From the NCBI GenBank assembly GCA_963766075.1, contig CAVYAN010000090.1, forward strand, positions 1-42,086: 42,086 bases of DNA. Direction: 5' to 3'. This document shows, one piece after another, positions 20,057 through 30,043 of this stretch; position 1 is the stretch's first letter, and every line of letters begins with the position of its first letter. The notes beneath the pieces were generated by a model that worked only from the letters and a program-made list of their open reading frames with translations, was not told the origin of the DNA and searched no databases. Source of the DNA: an uncultured cyanobacterium (lineage in GTDB: Bacteria; Cyanobacteriota; Cyanobacteriia; Leptolyngbyales; Leptolyngbyaceae). The translations under genes were made by a program, and so were the position numbers.

Positions 20057-20859
20057 ATCGCCTTTGCCTGATGGCTGTCAGCCTTGTCACTCTCGCGTTG
20101 AGCCTAATGCGGCCCGCCCACGCCACGGATACCGTGCCGCTCAGCTTCAATTTGTCCGGAATCCCGCAGTTTCGCTCCGATGCAGACATTGTCGCACCCT
20201 CTGATGTCGTGCCCTCTCAGGGCGCACACATCCGTCGCCAACGTCAACTGTTTAGCGGTGGGGCGAATTCCCTGGCCGCTCGCACCATCGGCCATGCCGA
20301 AGGCACTCGGACACTACAGGGCGGTAGGACTCCTGCCTACTATGGGCATGTCGATCCCGGGAATGGCATTTGGAATCTTGGCAGCTTTTCCTTTCAACAC
20401 TGTCCTGAAGCCGCCTATCAATGCACGACTCCCGAAGTTGCCGATATTTACCAATTGCGCCGTCTCCAAGGACAAGCCCTAGCGCTCCAACTGGCGGCAG
20501 AGCAACGGGGCCTGCGGCTGACTCTGGTGGAACATCTGAATGGCCTGGATTTAGCCAATCAAGCGCCGATGGCTGCCCTCGGCATCCCCGGATATGTTGC
20601 GTTGTTACAGCAGGCCCATCGCCAAGGATTAACTGCCGCAGATGCATTGCTGTGGGCCAGAGTCCAATCCTATTGGAACCCGCAAACGCAACGGTGGGAT
20701 GCGCCGGGGCTGGGCAACACCAGCAGCAGCATTCGGGATGACCAGAATCGCCGAATGGTCGCGATCGCCCAAGCTTTGGCCCACTATTCCCCCGCACTCC
20801 TTACCCCTGAAGCGGGTTCCGATCTTTCCAGAAGCACTTATACTGAAGGCATACGCTAA
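20053..20859 (+). CDS. Secreted hypothetical protein, possible lysozyme-like fold
   Basis: ATGA overlap with the previous stop; signal peptide ending AHA; RTIGHAEGT, YYGHVDPGN, GSFSFQ. Confidence 0.7.
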   Translation: MNRLCLMAVSLVTLALSLMRPAHATDTVPLSFNLSGIPQFRSDADIVAPSDVVPSQGAHIRRQRQLFSGGANSLAARTIGHAEGTRTLQGGRTPAYYGHVDPGNGIWNLGSFSFQHCPEAAYQCTTPEVADIYQLRRLQGQALALQLAAEQRGLRLTLVEHLNGLDLANQAPMAALGIPGYVALLQQAHRQGLTAADALLWARVQSYWNPQTQRWDAPGLGNTSSSIRDDQNRRMVAIAQALAHYSPALLTPEAGSDLSRSTYTEGIR

Positions 20860-21018
20860 CAGCCATTGATGCGCCGGATCATGAGTTAAAAGTTCACTGT
20901 AGATTAAAGAGTGGATTAAAAATTCGTAGATGCAAATCTGTTATCGCATCACTCTGGAAGCGCATCTCTCTGGAAACTTTATACGCAGCCACACGTCTCC
21001 GTTGAGGAGTGCCTTCTT

Positions 21019-21414
21019 ATGACTATGATTCACAACACCTTGACTCAAAAATTGACTCAAAAAAAAATTCCGCGATTTGTGTTGGTGACGGCGATCGCCT
21101 CGGGCATGGCTATGCTCACCGCCCTATCCCCGGCTGCTGCCCAGTTTGGCAACAACGCCGATGCTCTGAAAGACCCCAATCAGCAGAACGCGCCCTTTTC
21201 TAACTCTGGCAGTTCCACGAATGGCATTTTTGACCTGATTCACCGGGCCGTACTGGGACCGGGCAAGAGTCTCGAAGAATTTAATGCCGAGCAAACCGAA
21301 AGTTTGGATGCCGCCACCGAGGCATTTCGCGCACAGCAGAAGGAAAAGTTAGGCCATACTTCGGCTCCTACCGTTACCCCGGCACCGGTGGTATCTCCAG
21401 CCCCCTCCAATTAG
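21019..21414 (+). CDS. Small secreted hypothetical protein
   Basis: GAGGAG RBS; signal peptide ending AAA-Q; FDLIHRA; Pro-rich tail. Confidence 0.7.
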   Translation: MTMIHNTLTQKLTQKKIPRFVLVTAIASGMAMLTALSPAAAQFGNNADALKDPNQQNAPFSNSGSSTNGIFDLIHRAVLGPGKSLEEFNAEQTESLDAATEAFRAQQKEKLGHTSAPTVTPAPVVSPAPSN

Positions 21415-21483
21415 GGCAATCTAAACTGTTCCCCAGACTCCCCCCAGACTCCCCCCTCGTGGGCTAGCACTCGTCGGCTATCA

Positions 21484-23856
21484 CTAGGGCAACGTGCGGA
21501 AGTGGTAGGTCGGCGGCTCGTTCTTGCGGGCCGGGGACGGCACAATGGTCATCAGTTGGACATTGCCTTTGCGATCGCCCGATGGGGAAAAGCGGATTGG
21601 TCCCTGGGATCCAGTCACTGTAAAGGTTGGCTGGGCCAGCGAGCGCTGCAATCCCTGACGGGTCGGGTTTTTGGACAAAGCTGAAACCATGGCCTGGGTG
21701 GCGTCATAGGCCAAAGCCGTTCGCCAACTGCTCTCCAACTGCGTCCCCCACAGCTTGACAAACTGCTGTTGAAAGGGCGATACCACAACGGCAGCGGGAA
21801 CCACGACCACCATCCCCACCGCCTGCTCTCCCACGAGCTTGAGCAGGCTAGGGTTGTACGCCGTATCTCCTGCCAGTAACGAGAGGCGGCGGCGATTGAG
21901 TTGAATCACTTGCAAGGCGCGGTCCAGGGCGCGGCTATCCGGCACGAGCATCAGCACTTCCGACCCCTTCGCGATCGCCTGTCGCACACTGACATCGGCA
22001 TCAAAGTCAGGACTGGTCAAATCCACTTCCTGCAAGATTTCTAGATTGTTGTAGAAGAGGGCGGCCTTGAATTCTTGCTTCAGTGATTGACTGTATTCGC
22101 TGGCTCCATTAAAGAAAACGGTGGCTTTACGCCTTTTCAAGCGGTGCATCATATAGTTGCCTAAAGCCTGAGCCGTCATGCGATCGCTCGGCATCGTGCG
22201 AAAAATGTATCGATCGAAGTTCGAGAGCTTCACCGCTGAGCTAGTGGGCGAGATCATCACCAGTTGGCGAGATTTATACACCTGAGCCGCCGCCAACGAG
22301 GTATCGCTATTGCTGTGACCGACTACACCCAGGATGTTGTTATTGTTCGCCAGCGTCGTGGCAATTTGCTGGGCGATCGCGGCTACATTGCCATCATCCG
22401 CGATCACTAGTTTCAGTTTGACGCCATTCAGCCCCCCCGCCTGATTCACCGCAGTTTGAACCTGGGCCGCACCGCGCAGCAGTTCCATCGCCTGCACCAG
22501 GTTGGAACTAAAGGGCACGGCAATGGCAACTTGATAGGCAGGCTGGGAACCAATACGGGCATTGTTGAGATAGATCAAGGTCTCTGGATCAGACCGATTG
22601 GCTTTGCGGGCCGCTTCTAGAGCGGCGATCGCCTGGGAATAATTTCCGGCGGCAAGGTAATCAATGCCATCTTGCTTGGCGGGGGTATTGAGTTGCCAAG
22701 TATTGAGCAAGCGTTCCCCGGCGCTAATGCGATCAGTGATTGCCGTGGGATTGGCGATCGTGGTCTCCAGCGGCGTATTCAACGCGGCATTGGGCGTTGT
22801 TTCTAGAATGCTGCCCCGCCCTAACGTTAAGACAGCAGCGCCCACCGCCACTCCAGCTCCTACCGCCACCTTCCAGCCCGCAATTTTTTGGTGCCAAAAG
22901 GACGTCCCCAATGTCGGCTTTTCAGGCTGCGTAATGGCGAGCGGCACAGGTGATTCGAGACCGGAGACGGATTCATCCGGGATCACCGTCAGGGCAGAAT
23001 TCAGCGTTCGGGGCGCAGCCGGGTTGGATGTGACGGATAGTAAGGCGTCTAGAGCCGCAGTGGCGGTGGGATAGCGCTGCGAAACATGATAGCGAATCAT
23101 CTGATCCAGAACGGCGGCAAGGGCATCGCTGACGTCAGCATGATCCCGCCACACTACCTCACAGGTATTGAACTCGTGGGGCAACTGGGAAGGGCGCATT
23201 CCCGTGAGAGCCTGAATCCCCACCATGCCTAGAGAATAGATATCGCTACTACACCGGGGTCTGCCCAGGCATTGTTCACTGGCCCCATAGCCCGAGGTGT
23301 AGATCGGAACACTCATTAGGCTGGTATCGCTCTGGGCCTCGGTCACCGCATTGCCGATGGTTTTGACTGCGCCAAAATCAATCAAGACCAGCTTGCCATC
23401 GCGCTGCCGCCGAATCAGATTGTCTGGTTTAATATCGCGGTGAATCACGCCCTGATCGTGGACATAGGCCAGTATTCCCAGCACATCCTGGAGCAAATCG
23501 ATCACTTGCGGCTCGGAAAATCGTTGGCCACCCGCCAGTTCTTCACTGAGGGGACGGCCCTCAACAAATTCTTGAACCAGATAGAATTCGCAGTTCTCCT
23601 CAAAATAGGCCAAAAGTCGGGGGATTTGGTCATGCTGCCCTAATTTTTCTAGGCTTTCGGCCTCGGTCTGAAACAACCGTCGCACCTGGGTGAGCATGGC
23701 TGGGTCGTTGCTGGCAAAGGTGAGATGCTTCAGGACACAGCGGGGATTTCCCGGACGCTGCATATCTTCCACAACGTAGGTGTGCCCGAAGCCCCCTGAC
23801 CCCAAGACGTGAATGACGCGATAGCGTGCTCCGAGAAGTTCGCCCAGCATTGGCAT
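21484..23856 (-). CDS. Ser/Thr protein kinase fused via a TM helix to a branched-chain amino-acid ABC-type binding domain
   Basis: LGSGGFG, HRDIKPDN, DFG, SDIYSLG; TM; DPETLIYLNN; GVVGHSNS, ISPTSSA, FRTMPSD, YDATQA. Confidence 0.92.
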   Translation of the reverse strand: MPMLGELLGARYRVIHVLGSGGFGHTYVVEDMQRPGNPRCVLKHLTFASNDPAMLTQVRRLFQTEAESLEKLGQHDQIPRLLAYFEENCEFYLVQEFVEGRPLSEELAGGQRFSEPQVIDLLQDVLGILAYVHDQGVIHRDIKPDNLIRRQRDGKLVLIDFGAVKTIGNAVTEAQSDTSLMSVPIYTSGYGASEQCLGRPRCSSDIYSLGMVGIQALTGMRPSQLPHEFNTCEVVWRDHADVSDALAAVLDQMIRYHVSQRYPTATAALDALLSVTSNPAAPRTLNSALTVIPDESVSGLESPVPLAITQPEKPTLGTSFWHQKIAGWKVAVGAGVAVGAAVLTLGRGSILETTPNAALNTPLETTIANPTAITDRISAGERLLNTWQLNTPAKQDGIDYLAAGNYSQAIAALEAARKANRSDPETLIYLNNARIGSQPAYQVAIAVPFSSNLVQAMELLRGAAQVQTAVNQAGGLNGVKLKLVIADDGNVAAIAQQIATTLANNNNILGVVGHSNSDTSLAAAQVYKSRQLVMISPTSSAVKLSNFDRYIFRTMPSDRMTAQALGNYMMHRLKRRKATVFFNGASEYSQSLKQEFKAALFYNNLEILQEVDLTSPDFDADVSVRQAIAKGSEVLMLVPDSRALDRALQVIQLNRRRLSLLAGDTAYNPSLLKLVGEQAVGMVVVVPAAVVVSPFQQQFVKLWGTQLESSWRTALAYDATQAMVSALSKNPTRQGLQRSLAQPTFTVTGSQGPIRFSPSGDRKGNVQLMTIVPSPARKNEPPTYHFRTLP

Positions 23857-24223
23857 GGTGGAGTGTACGGCAGATGAACCCTAACCCAAAAGGGACGAGC
23901 GCGGACCCAAGAGTGAAAATGGCGATGATGAAGGGGCGATCGCGCATTCGGAATCGCCGATCGAGGCTTCCACTGACCCCACTACAGCCTCAATGACCAC
24001 AACCTGTGTCAATCACCCTGTAAGCCAGCACTCATAAGAGTCTATTCTGAACAGGATACCAACATCGTTCGACTCTGTAGAACTGCGAGCTGACTGCCCC
24101 CAATCGCATCATGATCCTCTCAGGAGGACTATACCCCTTTGGGAGTTCTCTCCCATTGTATGGGGCATCCATCCTTGCATCTCCCCCGATGAAAGTTTAT
24201 TAACGCTATCCCCGCCGTGCCCT

Positions 24224-24658
24224 ATGCATCTCCCCTCGTTTCTTTGGCTCTGGAAAGCCGCCGCTTGGTCAATGGGCTTCGCCATATTGGCCTATATTCT
24301 GCTGGCAATTTCGGGGATCACCGTCCGACTACGACGGCAAAACCATCAAGAACTCCCCGAGGGGTTACGGCTCTTTCACTGGATGACGGGTGTGCTGTTA
24401 GTTCTCCTGGTCTTGTTTCTGTTGGGGATTGGCATCGTCGGCACGCTAGGACATTTCGGCAGTTTAGGCCATTCCAGTCACCTGTGGGCCGGGCTAGCTG
24501 TCGTCGATTTGGTCATGCTGTCTGCCTGGAGCGCAGTGCAAATTAGTCCAGCCAGACCGTGGGCCCGTTCTCTGCATTTCGGTACAAACCTAGTTCTCTT
24601 GCTAGGATTGATTTTGGTTTCATTGACAGGCTGGAGCGTAGTGCAGAAATATTTGTAA
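24224..24658 (+). CDS. DUF4079-like four-TM protein
   Basis: LPSFLWLWK, His residues in TM helices, GTLGHFGSLGHSSH, LTGWSVVQKY. Confidence 0.7.
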   Translation: MHLPSFLWLWKAAAWSMGFAILAYILLAISGITVRLRRQNHQELPEGLRLFHWMTGVLLVLLVLFLLGIGIVGTLGHFGSLGHSSHLWAGLAVVDLVMLSAWSAVQISPARPWARSLHFGTNLVLLLGLILVSLTGWSVVQKYL

Positions 24659-24944
24659 TCTATTTTTTGTATTCTGTTTGGCAGTTGTCCAGTCTGTTGT
24701 GACTTGTTTCGCTCCACCGGCATCGGCTGGTTGTGTCCAAGCCTGTTATACCCGGATAATGCCTAGATAATGCCCCGATGGGGATTTGTTAGAAGTCCGG
24801 TTAGCTCTGTTCAGCTCCTGTAAATGTTTCTGGCTAGGAATGCGATTCAAGCATTCTGACTAAACCAGTTGAGACTAGACCAGTTGAGAATACGGTTCAT
24901 TGCGCCAAGTTAGTACAGATCGAATGCAAAGGAGAATAAGTGCT

Positions 24945-25553
24945 GTGGAGTCGAGTCAGCAATCACCCCAGGAATTACCATCGATCGCCGCAGTGGGTGA
25001 TGTTTCCCCGGTAGCGATCGCCACCTTTCGGATCGCCCCTCTGATTCGGATGACGCTGATGCTGTTGTATTTATCTCTGATGATTCCGTTACCGTTTCTT
25101 CCCCAGGTAACGGTGCCACGCATTTCCCCTCAAGTGCTGTGGGTGGGAATTGGCCTGGGGGCAATGCTGGTGTATGGAGCGTTTAGCGATCGCATCACAG
25201 TCACCGAACAGGGAATTCAAATGTCTACACCCGTTTGGGTTCCCAATCTGTTTCGGCAAGGCTGGTCCCTGAATTGGATCGACATCCAAGCCCTCAAACC
25301 GCGCTCCACCGGACAGGGTGGCATCGTCTATTATTTTCTGAGCAAATCGGGTCAAGGCTATTTGTTGCCCATGCGGGTGGCCGGATTTGCCCAGTTAGTC
25401 AGCATTGTGCAGGCAAAAACGGGGATCGATACGACCGATGTCCGCCCCCTATCCCAGCCCTGGATGTATTTTACGCTTTTGGGGCTGACCTTAATGCTAC
25501 TCGGGGTTGATGCCTGGACAATTTGGACAGCGCTGCATCTAGGCGCTAATTAA
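24945..25553 (+). CDS. Cyanobacterial-type membrane protein of unknown function
   Basis: FRIAPLIR, TGQGGIVYYF, LLPMRVAGF, PLSQPWMY; start uncertain (24900-24945). Confidence 0.75.
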   Translation: MESSQQSPQELPSIAAVGDVSPVAIATFRIAPLIRMTLMLLYLSLMIPLPFLPQVTVPRISPQVLWVGIGLGAMLVYGAFSDRITVTEQGIQMSTPVWVPNLFRQGWSLNWIDIQALKPRSTGQGGIVYYFLSKSGQGYLLPMRVAGFAQLVSIVQAKTGIDTTDVRPLSQPWMYFTLLGLTLMLLGVDAWTIWTALHLGAN

Positions 25554-25580
25554 TCGGCGCTAAATTAGGCGCTAATTTTA
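25541..25580. repeat. Three short GGCGCTAA repeats at the gene end
   Basis: aggcgctaattaatcggcgctaaattaggcgctaattt. Confidence 0.6.
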
Positions 25581-25693
25581 AAGGAATCCATTCAAGGCCC
25601 AATTAAACCCTAATTAAACAGCAAGGTTCGATTAAAATTTAGAAACCAATTAATAGGCGTCACGGCCCAGCGCCGGAAATTCTCAGTCAGGAG

Positions 25694-26477
25694 GTGTCTC
25701 AGTGGGATTGTGCGGTGAAGGATAAAGCAGTATCACCCGTGGTGCGGGTCGAAGGCGTGAGTTTTGCCCATGGACTGGCAGCGCAGGCGATTTTGCAGCA
25801 AATTTCTTTTGCCGTGAATCGGGGCGATCGCCTCGCGATTGTGGGCATTTCCGGAGCGGGTAAAACCACCCTGCTGCGTCTGTTGAATCGCCTCAGCGAG
25901 CCTACCCAGGGTCGCCTTTACTGGGAACAACAGCCCTTTGCTCAAGTGCCTGTGCAGCACCTGCGTCAACAGATTATATTGGTTTTGCAGGAATCAAAGC
26001 TGCTAGGGATGACGGTACAGCAAGCATTGGCCTATCCCCTCAATCTGCGCCAACTACCGCCAGAGCATATTCAACAGCGCATCGCTGAGTGGACCGATCG
26101 CCTCCAGATTCCGACAGAGTGGTTGGGCCGGACCGAGCAGCAGCTTTCGGTGGGGCAGCGGCAGTGGGTTGCCATTGCCCGCGCCCTGGTCACCCAGCCC
26201 CAAGTCTTGTTGCTGGATGAACCCACGGCAGCACTGGATGTAGGGCGATCGCACCTCATCCTCAAGGTCCTCACCGAATTGACCCAAACCCAGGGCATGG
26301 CCGTGCTCATGGCCAACCACCAACTGGATTTGGCTGCAGAATTCTGCGATCGAGTGATCCATCTGCACCAGGGCAGGTCTGGTGCAAGATCTACCTGCCC
26401 ATTTGGTGAATTGGCTCTGCCCTGGAGCAAAACCTTGCCCATTCACTGCGGCCCAGCAGGCCGAGGAATGGGCATGA
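25694..26477 (+). CDS. ABC transporter ATP-binding protein; C-terminus disturbed by indels
   Basis: GISGAGKTT, LSVGQRQ, LLLDEPT, ANHQ; alternative frames give LVQDLPA..NW and QQAEEWA-stop at 26477. Confidence 0.88.
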
Positions 26478-26480
26478 GCG

Positions 26481-27158
26481 CTACAAGCTCGATTCCACAA
26501 ACCGAACTGCCGTATCCCTGACGGACTCTTCCGGCTCCAACGGATTGGAGTCACCCAGCCGACAGGTATTAATATTCTGGAGCACATCGCTGGGAATCGC
26601 ATCAACCGCCTGGGAGGCGTTACAGAGGAAAAACGTAAAGGACAAACTGCCCAATCGGACCTGATCGCCATCCTGGAGCAGCACCGATCCCCGAACGGGT
26701 TCGCCGTTGACATGGGTGCCATTGGTGCTCTTGAGATCAATAATGTAAAACCCTTCGGATTCAATGTACTGCAAGGCCGCATGGCGACGAGACAGGCGCG
26801 TGTCCTGGACGGAGATCGCTGCCCCGCGATCGCGCCCAATCAGCCATACCCGCTGGGGCTGAAAGAGTGCCAGCGTTTTGCCCTGCACTAAATTAGACAC
26901 GAGGGTCACCTGGGGACCCCGAATTATTCCTTCTACAAACTGCATTGCGGATCGCGCACGCGATCGCCCGAAAGTATTCTCTAGATCAAGAATTTCATTG
27001 AGTAAGCCGCGATGGTGCTCATAGAGCTTCAAAAAGACGCGGTACAACCCCAGACGCTGGGCTAAGTCTGAGTCTGCAGAGGTCGGCTCTAATTCTGCGC
27101 GGGCAGAATAGTTCAGGATATGAGATGAATAGTCAGAAAGTGAATGGGGGTCGAGCAT
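26481..27158 (-). CDS. FHA domain protein
   Basis: IGR, LSRRHA, DLKSTNGT, LQDGDQVRLG. Confidence 0.9.
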   Translation of the reverse strand: MLDPHSLSDYSSHILNYSARAELEPTSADSDLAQRLGLYRVFLKLYEHHRGLLNEILDLENTFGRSRARSAMQFVEGIIRGPQVTLVSNLVQGKTLALFQPQRVWLIGRDRGAAISVQDTRLSRRHAALQYIESEGFYIIDLKSTNGTHVNGEPVRGSVLLQDGDQVRLGSLSFTFFLCNASQAVDAIPSDVLQNINTCRLGDSNPLEPEESVRDTAVRFVESSL

Positions 27159-27713
27159 ATTTAGTCGAGCATACTTAACTGTACAGAGGGAGCGCTACTG
27201 GTTTTTTCGGAGCTGGAGCGGTTGAAAATAACGAGACCAATCTCAAGATTAGAATGCGGGCTTCAAATGCATAACCGCACTATCACTCAGATTACGAATT
27301 AAGGAGGGTGATTCCGGAGCACCCACATTTCTACACAGTAGCTTAATCCAACCTATGCCTTCTCGTCCCTTCCGGACTGCGATCAAACCTTCAAAAATAT
27401 AAAAAGGAAATAAACCACTCGGTATTTTTGCAGATTTAATGAAAATTTTTTATACGGAAATCCAATTCTCTGTGGAGAGCATGCTCAAACGGGAGAAAAT
27501 ATCTGTATGGATTTGTACAGGGTGTTTGGGCCAGGATTTCATGAAGCACGGACCCGCGATCGGGGATGATCATTGCGCGTCAATTCCGTTTTCAGGCAGA
27601 TGAAAACAGTGCGTGGGATGCAGCGTTCACAGTGTCTACAAAGGGAACGTTATTCAGAGTGGGTCCGGTTGCAGGATTAGGATTACAGACTGTACTACGG
27701 TTACAGAACGACT

Positions 27714-28223
27714 ATGCCAGGGCATCGATTTTTGATTACCGCCGCTGGAGAGGAGCCTACTGTTGTGCCCGAAGGGGCAATACCTGGGTGTGATACCTAT
27801 GTGCCGGACGAGGCGGAGGCCCGGAATTGGGCGATTGCCCTCAGCGGTTTGGAGGCACTCCAAGAGATTGCCCGCAAGGGTGCGGCCCAGAAAGAGAAAT
27901 TACGTATCCAGCGGGCCTTCTCCGTTGCTACGCCGGATCTTGCCACGCCAGATCGCGAAGCTGAGCAAAGCTACGCGGCTCCCTTGGCTCCGCTGAGGGT
28001 TCGGGATGGCCAGGAACTGTCTACCTTTTTTGATCGGGCTGATATGGATAGTATCGAAGCGGATATTCTGAATTTACTCAGTCATCTGTTCCCAGAACCC
28101 TGCTGGGAAGATGATCTCTTCGAGTTTTTACAAGACCTTCTAGGCCACAAGTCTACATCGCCATCCCCGTCAGAAGCGGCGGCGTCATCGCTGCCGCGTG
28201 TTGATGTATTCCTTCGTTCCTAA
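27714..28223 (+). CDS. Hypothetical acidic protein
   Basis: 169-aa ORF with natural composition after an AT-rich divergent promoter region; family not recognised. Confidence 0.6.
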   Translation: MPGHRFLITAAGEEPTVVPEGAIPGCDTYVPDEAEARNWAIALSGLEALQEIARKGAAQKEKLRIQRAFSVATPDLATPDREAEQSYAAPLAPLRVRDGQELSTFFDRADMDSIEADILNLLSHLFPEPCWEDDLFEFLQDLLGHKSTSPSPSEAAASSLPRVDVFLRS

Positions 28224-29685
28224 CCCTGAGCGGCTAGAACGCCGGGTATGATTCTTGATCATGTAATTGAGATCCTCGGGATTCAGCGCCGCCGCGATCG
28301 CATCTTGGGGCGAGATCACGCCCCGTTCATACAAGTCGAAGAGGGTTTGATTCAGCGTGCAACTGCCGTCTTGTCCTTCTTCCATTAACTGATAAATTTC
28401 CTCGACGGAGCCTTTTTGCAAATAGTCGCGAATCGCATCCGTATTTAGCATGATTTCCAGGGCGGCGGTGCGTCCCCCCTGTTGGGTAGGAACGAGGGCT
28501 TGGGCAATCACGGCCCGGAGGGCTTCGACAATTTGAAACCGCACGGTTTCTTGCTCCTCTGGGCTGTAGAAGTTCAGGAGTCGCTTGAAGGCGTTCACTG
28601 CGCCTTTGGTGTGCAAGGTGCCCAAGACGAGGTGTCCGGTCATTGCGGCCCGTACCGCAGTATCCACAGTTTCGCGATCGCGCATTTCCCCAATCAGCAA
28701 GACATCCGGATCTTGCCGCAGGGCCGCCCGCAGAGCTTCCTTAAATTCCTGGGTGTGCAACCCAACTTCTCGCTGCGTCACAAAGCAAGAATTAGACGTG
28801 TGAACGTACTCAATCGGATCTTCGATGGTGACAATTTTGCGCGGAAACCCATCGTTAAGATGCCGCAGCATGGCCGCCAGCGTCGTTGATTTGCCGGAGT
28901 TGACCGGCCCAGTAATCAAAATGAGGCCCTGTTTTTCTTCCACCAAGCTGCCCAGTAAGGGGGGCAACTGCATGTCCTGCATCGTAGGCACGTTTAAGGA
29001 GATCAAGCGGAGGACAATCGCACCACCCATCAACGTTTGAGAGCAGTTGACCCGGCAGCGGACGAGTCCTTCGTAAAGGATGGCGGTATCCAACTCCTGA
29101 CGAAGCTGAAAGCGCTCCTGTTGGTCCGCCGTCAGCACTTCTTGAATAAAATCATCAAATTGGCGACGCGTAATTTTGCCATAGGTTTCGCGGGGAACCA
29201 TCCTACCCTGGATGCGAAATCGGGGAATTTCACCCACCTGTAGATGAATGTCGGATGCACCAACTTTGGAGGCATCTTGCACCATGGACAGGACTGTTCC
29301 TTGGTGTTGAGCGGTGGCACTGGGGCCATCGATCGCGATCGCGTTCAGGCTCATGGAGTCCGTACCCTGGGCCGTGGGTCCACAGTTGACGCGGCACTGC
29401 ATAAAGCCGGGAATATTGGCCTCAACATCCAGCTTGCGTTCCACGATGTACTGGCGCACCTGTTGCGGCGTCAAAATTTCCTGAATGTAATGCCGAAACT
29501 GGTCGGGGGTCAGAATGGGAAAGTGTTCTTGGGGCAGCAGGCGACCGTTGATCCGGTAAAAAAGGGGGCCGCCCCGGTTGCAGGTAGAGAGACGTTGCGC
29601 CCCGGTTGTGGGCATCCTGAATCACCGACCGAATTGACCCAGACATATCGGACGGGAGAGGATTCGTAGCGTCAGTTGCAGTCAT
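28185..29685 (-). CDS. pilT: PilT/PilU-family type IV pilus ATPase with duplicated N-terminal domain; one frameshift
   Basis: GPVNSGKSTT, TIEDPIEY, LRQDPDVLLIGEMRD, TGHLVLGTLHT. Removing one A from the 6-A run at 29558-29563 joins MTATD..LQPGRPP to FYRING. Confidence 0.88.
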
Positions 29686-29931
29686 AGCAAACAATTCTTC
29701 AGGCTGATAAATTAGCAGGACGAACTGAGCAAAGCGCTGAATACCCACAGACTAACCGTTCACCAACCCGTTCGCCGTTGACTGCATGCCACACAAACGC
29801 TGCGATGACATACCGACGACCTTCTGAAGGAGAACTTGCCAGAGGGCATTCTGCCAGATGGACATTTTGATTGTGCAAGGCCCGATCAAATCAGGGTAAG
29901 GCCACCAGTATAGCGATCTCTGGATGGAACC

Positions 29932-29966
29932 TGAATTATCCCTGAAGCCACTTCAGGGATAATTCA
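29932..29966. terminator. Perfect 16-bp inverted repeat
   Basis: tgaattatccctgaag-cca-cttcagggataattca. Confidence 0.6.
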
Positions 29967-30043
29967 TCAACTGTGCCACTTGATTTGGCCTCCCCCGAAA
30001 AACGGCATCAAATGGGTTCTTGTAAATCCGCAAAAGTGCGGAT

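Noticed and set aside
29555..29570. Programmed frameshift in pilT
   Set aside because: A single homopolymer indel in a window with many similar errors
29932..29966. Novel element from the perfect 16-bp inverted repeat
   Set aside because: Its position downstream of the 30044-30853 gene is adequately explained by a terminator or stabilising hairpin
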